64,000 bases of DNA. Origin: a virus. How positions within the stretch are numbered: position 1 is the first letter of the stretch; every line of letters starts with the position of its first letter. The stretch spans positions 55,131-119,130 of IMG/VR virus record IMGVR_UViG_3300008740_000712, one strand, 5' to 3'. Positions 11,701 through 20,865 of this stretch are shown one piece after another. The notes beneath the pieces were generated by a model. It worked only from the letters and a program-made list of their open reading frames with translations. It did not search any database and was not told where the DNA came from. A program made the position numbers and the translations under genes.

Positions 11701-13235
11701 TTATTGATTCCAACCTCCCCGTCCTCGGTGATCACCATTCTCTGAACTGGATCTGCTGAATTGCTTACGGAGGATTTTGTATAAAATTCTAGCCGTCCCC
11801 GTCCATAACCTCCCACGTCCTTATAGATAATAGCTGCTCCAACATTATCAGAAGATCCTAGTGCAATACCTGCACTTTGGTCGGTGTTATCATCACACCT
11901 CAAATACAAATGGTAGTTTGCTATGGCACCTACATCGGTGAGAGCGTTCAAACTTTCGTTGTGAATAGTTTGCTGTTTTGATGTTAGTTTTGTGCCATCG
12001 AAAAGCAAATTGGCAGATCCGGCGAAAGCACCACCGTTGTTATATTGAACATGAGTGCTTGAGCCCGCGGGTGAAGTTGTGATGTTAGACAGAGTAGATC
12101 CGTCACCATAAAACCCAGAAGCAGATATGTTGATGGAGGCAGAGACATTACCTGCGAAGGTTCCTGTTCCCTCCACGTAGAAGTTGCCGTCGCCGGGATC
12201 AACCATGCTAGATCCAACACGCAATGCTTTGGGTTTGAGGAAATCGTCTACCCACATATCCCCATAGGCTTGAACGTAATTTGTTCCAATGGTAAACATG
12301 GGTGTTCCATCATGTGCTCTAAATATGGTGTTGGCATCGTCACTCACTTGAATCCTTGATTGCCCTCCGCTGTCCCTGATGTCTCCTCCGGCAAGGTAAA
12401 AGTCACCTGATGCAGAGATGTCACCGACAACATTGAGTGCGTAATCAAGTCCAGAGTTTGTGTTGATTCCCACCTTATCATTAACGGCATCGACAAAGAA
12501 GGTGTCAGTATCCACTGCCAGATCTCCATGATCGTCAAGTTGCATTCTTACGGTATTGTCATCAAACCATTTGAAATATCTATTCGTGTCATTGCCATCG
12601 TCGTCGATGTAAAAGAACATAGCACCATTGGAACGCAATGACATTGTGTTTGTGTCAGTGCGTAGAACCGGCGAATCTAAAGTTTGTCCATAAAAACCAG
12701 AGGCAGATACGTTGATGGAAGCAGAGAGATCCCCGATGACAGACAATTTGTGGTCAGGTGATGTTGTTCCAATTCCAAAGCTACCATTAGACAACATTCT
12801 CATCTTGGTGAATTCGGAGATGGTAAAATCAATATTGGTTGTTGCATCTAATTTTATTTCACCGGGAGAGTCAATTTCAAAATCATTTCCATTGCTGTAA
12901 ATCTTTGCCCTATTGGAGTCTGCTTGTCGGAATTGAATGACTCCTCCGTGGGTGGCATGGTTAATTGTTATAGTAGAATACCCTGAGTAATTTTGAGGAG
13001 AAGTTGTCCCGATGCCGACATTGCCGGTGATGTTTACCGTTCCAGTGAAGGTGTGCTTGTCATCGGAGGTGTTGCCAAACTCTGTGGAACCTGAGTTGTG
13101 AATTTTCATTGCTTGGATTTTTGTTTCTATGTATTCAAAAGATCCAGTTATTGCGTTTACCTTATTCCATCGTTTTGAAGATGATCCTAATTCACCTTCC
13201 TTGTCTGCTCTTGGTACTATGTTTTTTGTAGCCAT
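8778..13235 (-). CDS. Tail fibre / receptor-binding protein (1485 aa)
   Basis: Repeated GNVGIGTTSP / GKVGVGTTSP / GEVGIGENTP fibre motifs, G/S/T/N-rich, internal module repeats, C-terminal C1q-like segment (GDFTIAYAGVYEVTCVLQL). Confidence 0.85.
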   Translation of the reverse strand: MATKNIVPRADKEGELGSSSKRWNKVNAITGSFEYIETKIQAMKIHNSGSTEFGNTSDDKHTFTGTVNITGNVGIGTTSPQNYSGYSTITINHATHGGVIQFRQADSNRAKIYSNGNDFEIDSPGEIKLDATTNIDFTISEFTKMRMLSNGSFGIGTTSPDHKLSVIGDLSASINVSASGFYGQTLDSPVLRTDTNTMSLRSNGAMFFYIDDDGNDTNRYFKWFDDNTVRMQLDDHGDLAVDTDTFFVDAVNDKVGINTNSGLDYALNVVGDISASGDFYLAGGDIRDSGGQSRIQVSDDANTIFRAHDGTPMFTIGTNYVQAYGDMWVDDFLKPKALRVGSSMVDPGDGNFYVEGTGTFAGNVSASINISASGFYGDGSTLSNITTSPAGSSTHVQYNNGGAFAGSANLLFDGTKLTSKQQTIHNESLNALTDVGAIANYHLYLRCDDNTDQSAGIALGSSDNVGAAIIYKDVGGYGRGRLEFYTKSSVSNSADPVQRMVITEDGEVGINKVPTTGLYKFEVDGKTMLGDTTLIYDPSKNVFSDVGIWTNYHLLLEGGTSTNDGIGLGFINDDSIGASIIYKDLGTEAKGELQFYTKENTDHMGDPTQRMVITYDGKIGMGIASPSVALDVAGTGSFTGDLSVTGDLTVNGTTTTVNSTTLQIDDKNIDLAHSPGGSEGNDSAVDGGGITLKSSDSDKTLNWVNATDAWTSSEHIDLANGKVFKINNNEVLSATALNSAVKINNANWSGTDLGLSNGGTGASNSSGARTNLGVAIGSDVQAHDADLDTLSGMQSGAAAELASLTSGELGLLDGASSGNILSGKAAVLSPAGTLSVPGAFSASLGVSGSEVRGGDFWVGDTVYLSTGPSSNYLKYDSTYGFYYKGGGYFYGDLAINGDFTVSGGDIKDSGGTSRISIADGASTIFDDRNGNPKLKIHYANDYETSVEVIGNMSASINISASAFYGDGSNLTGIGGGSTLDTTADASTNTTRYIPFVDDHTTTSGQTFKTDQYIGYNPNANRLQTGQLRLTNTTAEIQDSDGHRRIGWSENTGNTTICDAGGGTEMVIADGQVEVSGALKVSAGTSGDAMLRLEADTDNNAEGDTPYIEFIQDGGSAWSAIYTTSNVLTLANSVASGGGIELKTNTSQASSPRYAGATTRMKIMDDGKVGVGTTSPAAQLHIDRNATVGDIGGLTLGNATVKITDEACNMYLDGNSINMDNAGYINVTATQPLYFGTANARRMTIDSSGEVGIGENTPTVALAVGGNLGVTDDGSNKRISLESGTGVNAFIGFGEASNERGWIGWKQSGQKIVMGSVTDAGTFDDSFTLTNASASFSGEISANRMQQYISTSITAATDYKSTAFNPFDSTLNNGTTTTHASNGITYASSTGDFTIAYAGVYEVTCVLQLKSSTTASGEIDIEIRKNDSSILTTESFIHGSVDPATRTLTGYFTLAAADTIQISIDSQTSTNFRANPGSTVNIKRIA
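10352..10379. repeat. 28-bp direct repeat, copy A (cagaagcagatatgttgatggaggcaga)
   Basis: Identical to 12116-12143; encodes SASINISAS in the tail fibre. Confidence 0.9.
12116..12143. repeat. 28-bp direct repeat, copy B
   Basis: Identical to 10352-10379; 1764 bp apart, so in frame. Confidence 0.9.
12698..12725. repeat. 28-bp direct repeat, copy C (25/28 match)
   Basis: cagaggcagatacgttgatggaagcaga; 582 bp from copy B, so in frame. Confidence 0.85.
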
Positions 13236-13254
13236 CTATAAGTCCTCCAAATCA

Positions 13255-16200
13255 CTACGATTTCTTTAATGCAAACCCGAATTTTATTTTCTTTTCGGGA
13301 GTGACTTCTCTTTCGCACTCAATATTGCTAGATACGACATCGGATGATTCTATTAATAAGTAATCGCCAGAACCAAAAGTTGTCTCTTTTACTGCATAAT
13401 CAATTGCATTTATGTTGTCAGAAAGTTGCTCTACATTGTCCACAATCAAGATTGCGGCCTTGTCTCTCTCTTTCTTGTAAGTGTTGCTCATGGAGTCAAA
13501 CAGACTTTGCCTTGCGGGAGTAATACTAGAACTCAAATTGGTATGCGACTTCTCTGCCCTCTGGTTCCACCATTGGCAATTCTGGGATTGTAATTGTGAT
13601 ATTGGTGCATGTCCTCTGGACCACCGATATGTCATGTCTCCCGATCCCTTAGCAGGAGATGAAATGGAAGCAATCCTTTCCTCCAGTGCAGGGTACTGGT
13701 GCTGATACTTGTTTCTCTCCATGACGTGACTTTCAATTATGTTAGCATTTGAATCTACCAAGTCAGCAGAAAGGGGAATAAATTGTTTTACTATTTCGAC
13801 AATGGAGTCGTCAATCCATTTGTAATACTCCATGAAATTTTCCACATCAGGATCATTTCCGACTGTTTCAAAAAAGTGAGTGCGTAACCAATCCAACTCT
13901 CTGTATCTGGGCCTATATTTGTTTACTGGTTCTCCAACCAGATTATTGAAATCCCTTATTGTAGATACGGTCTTCAACATCTCTTCGGAAATTGAAGAAT
14001 ACATGCTCTTTTCTAGAGAGAAAAAATACTCTTCTGGAGATGCAGTGCGTGAAAAATATTCGTCATCATTGGAGAGAACTTTAATCATATGATCCCCATT
14101 TACAATTTCTGGAATGTTCTTCTTTGCGACTGAGAGGTATTCTTTGTTCACCACCTTGGTGCTATTCACGGGGAACCCATATGCTAATCCGTCGTGCTGT
14201 GCTGTTAAACTATCTGTCTCCCTAGACAAAGCGGGCATAATTTCCATACCGATAACGTCCCAAAACTCATCCGATTGGGGAGTAGCTACTGGTTGTATTT
14301 CTCCACCACTTATCTCAAAAGTCACAGAGGTTCCGGCGGGCACACCGTCAAAGGGGAACAGTTCAGTATGGGTTGTTTCAAACAAGTACGACTTGGCATA
14401 CTCTGTCAGGTTTAAAGAACCAGAAGACAAGTCTGTCAACACAAATCCGCCAGAAGAGTCGGAGGTGGTGGTGTTGTCGAGATCCCAATGTAGGATAAGG
14501 GACTCTTTCCTCCTCTTTTTTTCGTGGTCGTCAATTCGACCTCCCTTTGTGGCCGATCTTGGTCCATAAATTGTCGGATCTTTGGAGTGGTCTATTATTT
14601 CAGAATCCTCCAGATAAGTGTCCCAATATCTCACAGAAGAAATGAGGACATCCGAGGAGTCTAAAATTGCCCCTATGTTGTTCTCTCTCCTGGCTCCAAC
14701 ATAAATTCTCCTATCGTCGGACAAGTAGTCCCTCCCCTGTGCAGTGCTAATGGGGGCAGACAGTGAAAATTCGTTTTTCCTATAATCATAACTGTGGTTT
14801 ACTCCATATAATTCTACCACATAATCTTCAGAGCTTCCAGAAACGAAGTTTGCATAAGGATATTTTTTCGGCTTAATTCGGAAAGCAATGTTCCACTTTT
14901 CATTATCGTATACCCCTTTAAATGTCTTTGACTTTATATCAACACCGAAGAGGGACGAAGTTAGTTGAAAGTAGGCATCCGGACTGTTCACAAGTGGCCT
15001 TACAGCATATACAGAAAAATCCGTGTTTCTTGTGGGCCATTCCGCAGATCCTGCGTCAGAAGACGTAGCAGAATTAACCCCCATGAGAGACACCTTCCTA
15101 AACGGGGTGTCGAAAAAGTAAGAATATTTCGGATCGATCTTTTTTGGAAAAATAAATTCTGCTTGGAAAGTGTTTGCGTCATAGGGGGTCATTGCACTTC
15201 CACTTAAAAAGGATCTCTGGTCCAGACTTGTGCTTGATGTCATTTGAAAAATTGTTGCACCAAATCTATCTGGATAATTGAAATCCGCATACCTTTTTGA
15301 TATTGACTTTTGGGTATAATTCTCATCGAAAGTGAAGAGGGAATTGTTAGAATACATATTGAGTTTCAAGAGATCCTCGTTTATGCCGAAACATCTTGTG
15401 ATATTTCTAATTGATTTTTCTGTTCCTTTCGAACGATACAGATAGAGGAGGTTGTTGTAGATATTTTGGTAGATCATGTTCTTTGTTGTGTTCAACTTCT
15501 CTTCATACACAACCTTGTCTGATCTGTCTGTTATGTACTCAAGAAGGTTTGAATCCACAAACAATTCTGGCATGTTCAGGCCCTGACTAGCTAGCAGCTG
15601 CTTTCCATATGGAAAAACCTTCTCACTACCACTGGGGTAGGTCAGGTGCCTAATTTCTGGGAGGGACTTTATCTGCAAATGAAGTTCATCAAAGTACTTT
15701 GACATTATTTGAGTCAGGTATTCTAAATCAGAATCATCCTCATCAACAATCCACGATGGCAAACTATTGAATAAATTCGTGTTGTTGTGCTTGTCGTGAA
15801 GAGAACCTGACTCCTGTAGTCTCGTGCTCAAATCGACGACATCCGGGTGGGAAGAGTACATAATTGGATCTTTTGTTTCCTTAGATAAGACTCCCGACTC
15901 GACATAGGCAGATGTCGTCGATCTGGATGTTGTCGCATATCCAAACCAATGTCCCAAAGTTGTTCTTCCTGAGTAGTCAATAACTTTTTTATCATAATTG
16001 TTTTTTGTTGTGACATCGTAGATGCCCTCGTTAAACTTGTAATAAACTGTAAGATCTGTTCCACTCTCTGTGTCCGTATTAGATCCTCCATGAACTGGTC
16101 CTCTCCAATTCTCACCTATCTGCTTTTTCGTTCTTGCTTTTTTCCAAAATCGAAAATCATCAACAGAACCAGACAACTTTCCGTATCCGTGGCCACCATG

Positions 16201-17139
16201 GCCATTGACGGTGGTGATGAGGGAACCAAGGTGTGCTTGCGTTTCACCATCGAAATTACTAATGGACGATCCAGTTGTAGCAGTTGCTGTTTGAGCACCG
16301 TCAACATAGGAGCACACCGTTAACTCGTTGCCCTGATTCTTTACTGTCACAGCATAGTGGTGCCACGCATTGTCATTCATATCTATTCCCGTGGAGAGTG
16401 GGATGTAGTCTGCTCCAGAACTTCCAGACGTGGCCTGTAGGATCAGTTTATTTCCAGAACCGGTAACTTCGATCCTAAATCTGCAATAATCATTTTGCCC
16501 TTGGGTTTTTCTATTCCACAAATCAAAAACAACCTGCTTATGTGATTCAACAGAGGAAGAGAAAGAACCCTTCTTTAACCAAAACTCAACCGTCACGCCA
16601 GCCTTTCCCGTGAAGGACAAGTTATTTTCTTGCAAGGAGTCTGTGTCGTATGTGTTAGACCCTGTAAAATTGTGGAATAGCGGGTTTTTGGAGACTTCTA
16701 GGGAACCAGTGTTCGGGCCGCCAGAGAATAAGATGTATTCTTTTTCTGTCGTATTATAGTACCCTCCACTACCTGCTCCGGTTCTTAGGTAGTTTTGACC
16801 GAGTTTGGCATGACCTGTGGATCTTGGATAGGAATTCTCAAAAAGATATAAATCTAAATATGACGCATTATTTTCCCACTCATACTTCTCCGCAGCAGAT
16901 CCATCGAAAGGATAATACCCGTAAATATTCACAAGTGCTTCTGAGTAATATTTTTTTGCTGATCCGTAGAAGGAGAAGTTCTTCGGGTCAGAATAGTCTA
17001 CCCTCGGTATGAACCTGTTGTCTGCGGTGATTTTGTTTCTTAAAAGATCCGCACTCTCTATCTCTTCTTTTATTTGTTCTAAATTCTTAGAAGAGACAGG
17101 TTTTAGTCCTTTTTTTCCAAATAAATCTTTTAATGCCAT
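13255..17139 (-). CDS. Virion structural protein with LamG/concanavalin-A-like domains (1294 aa)
   Basis: LamG-type motifs VTVEFWLKK, WHHYAVT, YVDG, LSGSVDDFRFWKKART; a second degenerate copy (ISSVRYWDTYL); tail module. Confidence 0.75.
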   Translation of the reverse strand: MALKDLFGKKGLKPVSSKNLEQIKEEIESADLLRNKITADNRFIPRVDYSDPKNFSFYGSAKKYYSEALVNIYGYYPFDGSAAEKYEWENNASYLDLYLFENSYPRSTGHAKLGQNYLRTGAGSGGYYNTTEKEYILFSGGPNTGSLEVSKNPLFHNFTGSNTYDTDSLQENNLSFTGKAGVTVEFWLKKGSFSSSVESHKQVVFDLWNRKTQGQNDYCRFRIEVTGSGNKLILQATSGSSGADYIPLSTGIDMNDNAWHHYAVTVKNQGNELTVCSYVDGAQTATATTGSSISNFDGETQAHLGSLITTVNGHGGHGYGKLSGSVDDFRFWKKARTKKQIGENWRGPVHGGSNTDTESGTDLTVYYKFNEGIYDVTTKNNYDKKVIDYSGRTTLGHWFGYATTSRSTTSAYVESGVLSKETKDPIMYSSHPDVVDLSTRLQESGSLHDKHNNTNLFNSLPSWIVDEDDSDLEYLTQIMSKYFDELHLQIKSLPEIRHLTYPSGSEKVFPYGKQLLASQGLNMPELFVDSNLLEYITDRSDKVVYEEKLNTTKNMIYQNIYNNLLYLYRSKGTEKSIRNITRCFGINEDLLKLNMYSNNSLFTFDENYTQKSISKRYADFNYPDRFGATIFQMTSSTSLDQRSFLSGSAMTPYDANTFQAEFIFPKKIDPKYSYFFDTPFRKVSLMGVNSATSSDAGSAEWPTRNTDFSVYAVRPLVNSPDAYFQLTSSLFGVDIKSKTFKGVYDNEKWNIAFRIKPKKYPYANFVSGSSEDYVVELYGVNHSYDYRKNEFSLSAPISTAQGRDYLSDDRRIYVGARRENNIGAILDSSDVLISSVRYWDTYLEDSEIIDHSKDPTIYGPRSATKGGRIDDHEKKRRKESLILHWDLDNTTTSDSSGGFVLTDLSSGSLNLTEYAKSYLFETTHTELFPFDGVPAGTSVTFEISGGEIQPVATPQSDEFWDVIGMEIMPALSRETDSLTAQHDGLAYGFPVNSTKVVNKEYLSVAKKNIPEIVNGDHMIKVLSNDDEYFSRTASPEEYFFSLEKSMYSSISEEMLKTVSTIRDFNNLVGEPVNKYRPRYRELDWLRTHFFETVGNDPDVENFMEYYKWIDDSIVEIVKQFIPLSADLVDSNANIIESHVMERNKYQHQYPALEERIASISSPAKGSGDMTYRWSRGHAPISQLQSQNCQWWNQRAEKSHTNLSSSITPARQSLFDSMSNTYKKERDKAAILIVDNVEQLSDNINAIDYAVKETTFGSGDYLLIESSDVVSSNIECEREVTPEKKIKFGFALKKS

Positions 17140-18614
17140 TAATCAACCCTAAACTTGAATACTTCGGATTGCTCGTCATAACGATCATTTATTTTGTAAA
17201 CAAACTTTAGGGCATATGAATATCCTTTTTCTAATATTGACATGTCAACATCAAAATAATTTCCATCGTTATCGTATGACATCCTCGTGTGATTCAAACT
17301 TCCTGTACCGTAATCGATAATCGTCTCATTATCCATTACTCGATATATCTTCCAGTATGCATCCTCGACCGTCTTACTTTGAATATTCTTTGTAGCTACA
17401 GTGTAAATTGTTGGATTCCAATCTCTATCCCTAACGTACAATCTCATCCTGGCCAATTCTCGGTTGGTGTAGGATGGTTTTAGATTAGTTATATTAGAGA
17501 CATGATCTCCTATCCCCACCTGAACGTCTGCGTCGTAACTTAATACTGTTATTTTACTCCCGGTAACATACTGTGTTACGGAATTGTTGTGCCACACGTC
17601 ATACAAATACGAAGAAGTGGTGTCCAAGGCAACAGATGCCGAATAGATGCCAGTTGAAACATACCCCCCCGTCAGTGCGGTGGTGCCGTCAAACAATGTC
17701 AATGGGTTTCCTCGTGGACCAGAGGCACCAGTTAAATACAGACTGACATAAATGCTTCCTGTGCCGACAGCCGGGATGTTTCGCAATTGTCCTCGTACAC
17801 GATTATAAATATAGATCGTGTTCAGGTTATCCTCAGCTGGAACCAATGAACTGCTGGCATAGAAACTGCTTCTACGATCCTTCTTCGAGGAGTCCCATCG
17901 AGCTTCGATTGTGGGTCTTTTGTAAAAATGGTGAGTGCCTCTTCCGAAGAACCTCTTTGTGTAATAGCTTCTTCTTGCTCCATCGGTGTTGTGGATGTGA
18001 GAACCACTGTTTAATCCGGATGAGTTTGACAGATATGCTTCATAGGTTGGCGAAAACTTTATGCACAATCCGTGATTGTCTTTTGTTCCTGCCATCCACT
18101 CCTCGACGAAGGAGGTTATATCTATTTCCAAATCCTCCAAACCTGTATCAAGAGACTTTACATAAGATGGTGATGCATGATAGTCTCCACCGGGAGTCAC
18201 CCATGTTGATGCCGAGGTGTTGGAAATCCAGTTCGACTCGCCACTGTCTGAATAATCTTCCATATCCATTCCCGTACCCTCGTTCCACGACGAAGAAATT
18301 GCAAGAATAGAAACCTGACTATTCGCCGGAACTGTATTGGTGTGTTCCGCATTTGACATTTTTAAAATAAAATTAACACCTCCAGATAAAGGAATTGCTC
18401 CAGAAGACCGATCAGAGGAGATGGTTCCTACTGGAAACTTCAACATCGCCCTAGACAACTCGGCCGAAGAAGTTGTCTGTTGTCCGTAGATAGAGAATAC
18501 TTCTAAAATATCAGAAGCACCCATGTTGGAACCAGTACCTCGGATGGAAGTAGTTATTCCTGCGGCATTTGTAATGGTGTTGTCGGCATTGGAAAAGTAT
18601 TTTTTAATAGACAT
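17139..18614 (-). CDS. Virion structural protein, DNRLRE-like beta-sandwich (491 aa)
   Basis: Motifs SRAMLKF, SWNEGTG, WVTPGGDY, IDITSFVEEW..G...NHGLCIK are typical of DNRLRE-like domains; overlaps both neighbours. Confidence 0.6.
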   Translation of the reverse strand: MSIKKYFSNADNTITNAAGITTSIRGTGSNMGASDILEVFSIYGQQTTSSAELSRAMLKFPVGTISSDRSSGAIPLSGGVNFILKMSNAEHTNTVPANSQVSILAISSSWNEGTGMDMEDYSDSGESNWISNTSASTWVTPGGDYHASPSYVKSLDTGLEDLEIDITSFVEEWMAGTKDNHGLCIKFSPTYEAYLSNSSGLNSGSHIHNTDGARRSYYTKRFFGRGTHHFYKRPTIEARWDSSKKDRRSSFYASSSLVPAEDNLNTIYIYNRVRGQLRNIPAVGTGSIYVSLYLTGASGPRGNPLTLFDGTTALTGGYVSTGIYSASVALDTTSSYLYDVWHNNSVTQYVTGSKITVLSYDADVQVGIGDHVSNITNLKPSYTNRELARMRLYVRDRDWNPTIYTVATKNIQSKTVEDAYWKIYRVMDNETIIDYGTGSLNHTRMSYDNDGNYFDVDMSILEKGYSYALKFVYKINDRYDEQSEVFKFRVD

Positions 18615-20407
18615 TATTTAACAGCCCCCTTGATGTCCTTGTTGGGAAATTTTATCTCCCAAATCACGTTCTTGGGAATAGAGACATACCTCCCATCAGG
18701 AGATAAATTGTTATTTATATCAAAAGAAATATCTGCATAACTGTTTCCCGACTTCTTGAACACAGAAACCTTCACAACATCGACGACACCATCTGTCTCA
18801 TTCAGGGTATTGTATATGTCTGTTATGAAGAAGTCTTCCCCTATTTCAAAAGTCTCCAATGTGAATCTGTCCTTTAGGGCAGTAATGCAACCCTCCAATA
18901 CATCTGTAGAATCTTTTTCTGCGTCCGCGACAACTTCAAAATTTACACCAAGATTAAGGATCTTTGCATCCAATATATCTATAGTATCATTAATCATCTT
19001 GTTTTTATTCAACCAAGTTTTCAAATTTCCCTTAGTTGTCTGGTTGCACGAAGCAAGCTTGCCTTTGTAGTCTTCACTAACAACATATAAATTCATATTC
19101 CTTCTCAGAGAGTCGGGATCTCGGTGGATTGCTGCTCTCTTTATTGCCCCGAATCGGGTTGGCATTGCGTACACATTTGCAACATAGTCTTGCTGGGTAA
19201 CTGCTCTGTTTTGGCCTGCGAAATTATTAAGTACTCGGTTCTTCAGTTCATCAACAGTAACGTCTTCGGTGTCACCCGTTATTGGCTCTTCGTTTGTACA
19301 CTCGACGGAAGACTTGACAAAATCCAGTGTTACCTTGTCTAGAGACAGTTCATCAGGAAATTCAAGTTCTGCATTAACAACCCTGGTCATCGTGTTGCTT
19401 GCAACATTTACATTGTCAATTGTGTTCTGTCTGTAGACAACTGTCAACGTCGTATTTGCGGGGGAAAGACCAAAATTATCACTTTGTATTAATTTTGTGG
19501 GGTCTATAACTTGGTCTGTAATGTGCCCTTTGCCGTGGACTTTTAATGAAACACTCTTTGGATCTAGAGACAAATCTGTAGAGTAGTCTTCTTCTTTTCC
19601 AGATCCAAACTGCATCTCTATATAATTTGGAAAAATGTCTGTCGTGAACCTTCTTGCTGCGACGAATGGTTTCAACAACATGCTTGACTGCTCCTTTGTC
19701 GATGAGTCTCTATTCGTAATCGAACGATATATGGTGTTTTGTGATAAGTAATCTACCTCATAATATTCATGACCCTGGGTGTCGATTACTGACACTATCT
19801 CGCTGACATTTGAGATGTCTAGTTTCACTTTCGTAAACCTCTTGAATTCACCAATGACAACATCTGTCTGTTTCAATATTCCCGATATGACACGACCATA
19901 CGACTTAATCGCATAATAAGAGGGAGCACCGGTTGCCTCGTTGACTCTCGCAACAACTGTCGGTCTGTTGGTGAACGTAACATCTTCTTCAAGAACAAAC
20001 GTGGCACCATTATCTGCGACGAATTCAGATCCTTGTTTCAAAACTGGCAAGTATCTTGTGTCTGGGGAAGTACCAGCAGTGGTGGCTGGTATCAACACAA
20101 AGAAGGATGCCAATGTGTTGGAAGATGGGTTGTTTTTGTGTTTGTACCCTGACTGTTTTGAAAGTCTCAATACGTTGTCGAACTCGGCCGCGTTTTGGAT
20201 AAAAGTCTCGTTGGCCTGAAAGTCTAAATAGAAAGACAGAACATCTCCTATGTAGGAAACGGAGTCCAGCATGAGGGCACCGAAACCGGATTCATTAAAA
20301 TCCTTAAAGGTTGTCGGATAGTATCTCTTTGCGTGATCGACCAAATCATTCTTGATTGTTTCGAAACTTCTGCTTGTGTATTTTATTGGAACATTCTTTT
20401 TTGGCAT
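18614..20407 (-). CDS. Baseplate wedge subunit (T4 gp6 / baseplate-J-like)
   Basis: N-terminal SRSFETIKNDL...FKDFNESGFGALMLDSVSYIGDVLSFYLDFQANETF and RAVTQQDY motifs; ATG at 20407 preceded by GAGGA. Confidence 0.85.
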   Translation of the reverse strand: MPKKNVPIKYTSRSFETIKNDLVDHAKRYYPTTFKDFNESGFGALMLDSVSYIGDVLSFYLDFQANETFIQNAAEFDNVLRLSKQSGYKHKNNPSSNTLASFFVLIPATTAGTSPDTRYLPVLKQGSEFVADNGATFVLEEDVTFTNRPTVVARVNEATGAPSYYAIKSYGRVISGILKQTDVVIGEFKRFTKVKLDISNVSEIVSVIDTQGHEYYEVDYLSQNTIYRSITNRDSSTKEQSSMLLKPFVAARRFTTDIFPNYIEMQFGSGKEEDYSTDLSLDPKSVSLKVHGKGHITDQVIDPTKLIQSDNFGLSPANTTLTVVYRQNTIDNVNVASNTMTRVVNAELEFPDELSLDKVTLDFVKSSVECTNEEPITGDTEDVTVDELKNRVLNNFAGQNRAVTQQDYVANVYAMPTRFGAIKRAAIHRDPDSLRRNMNLYVVSEDYKGKLASCNQTTKGNLKTWLNKNKMINDTIDILDAKILNLGVNFEVVADAEKDSTDVLEGCITALKDRFTLETFEIGEDFFITDIYNTLNETDGVVDVVKVSVFKKSGNSYADISFDINNNLSPDGRYVSIPKNVIWEIKFPNKDIKGAVK

Positions 20408-20421
20408 GGGCAATCCTCAAA

Positions 20422-20430
20422 ATAAATAGT
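20422..20430 (-). promoter_or_regulatory. Putative late promoter motif ACTATTTAT
   Basis: Intergenic motif just upstream of the wedge gene RBS; recurs upstream of other genes. Confidence 0.55.
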
Positions 20431-20442
20431 TTTCATGATATT

Positions 20443-20856
20443 TTATACTAAAAACTTTGGTCCTCCGGTTGAGGTGTCATTTTTTGCACCCACTGATAAT
20501 TCGTCTTCTGTGTTTAGACTTGGAATCTCATATCTTATAGTGACTCGTATCAGATTCTCACCCTCATCCTTGATATCTGTGTCGATAAGGGAGATAAAGG
20601 GTGCGTATCGCGATACCTGAGATGCTATGGATTGTTTCAATCTTCCCTCGAATGAACCAACATTTTCAAACAGATAGGTTGAAACTCCAACACCAAAGTC
20701 AGGGTCCATCGATCTTTCTCCGGGAATTGTCAAAAGAATATTCTTCAAGTTCTGTTTTACCAAGTCTTCAAGATTTCTTATATAATCATAATCAAAAGAA
20801 CTCCCCCTTGACAAAGGGAGATGCGGTGTGTAAAATTTATCTAAATTATTTGCCAT
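20443..20856 (-). CDS. Baseplate wedge gp25-like protein (GPW/gp25 family)
   Basis: VKQNLKNILLTIPGERSMDPDFGVGVSTYLFE is the gp25 family signature; adjacent to the gp6-like gene. Confidence 0.9.
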   Translation of the reverse strand: MANNLDKFYTPHLPLSRGSSFDYDYIRNLEDLVKQNLKNILLTIPGERSMDPDFGVGVSTYLFENVGSFEGRLKQSIASQVSRYAPFISLIDTDIKDEGENLIRVTIRYEIPSLNTEDELSVGAKNDTSTGGPKFLV

Positions 20857-20865
20857 CGTTTATCC

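Noticed and set aside
8778-13235. Diversity-generating retroelement or invertible tail-fibre shufflon
   Set aside because: No reverse transcriptase, recombinase or adenine-specific TR/VR pair is seen, and the repeats are direct, not inverted.
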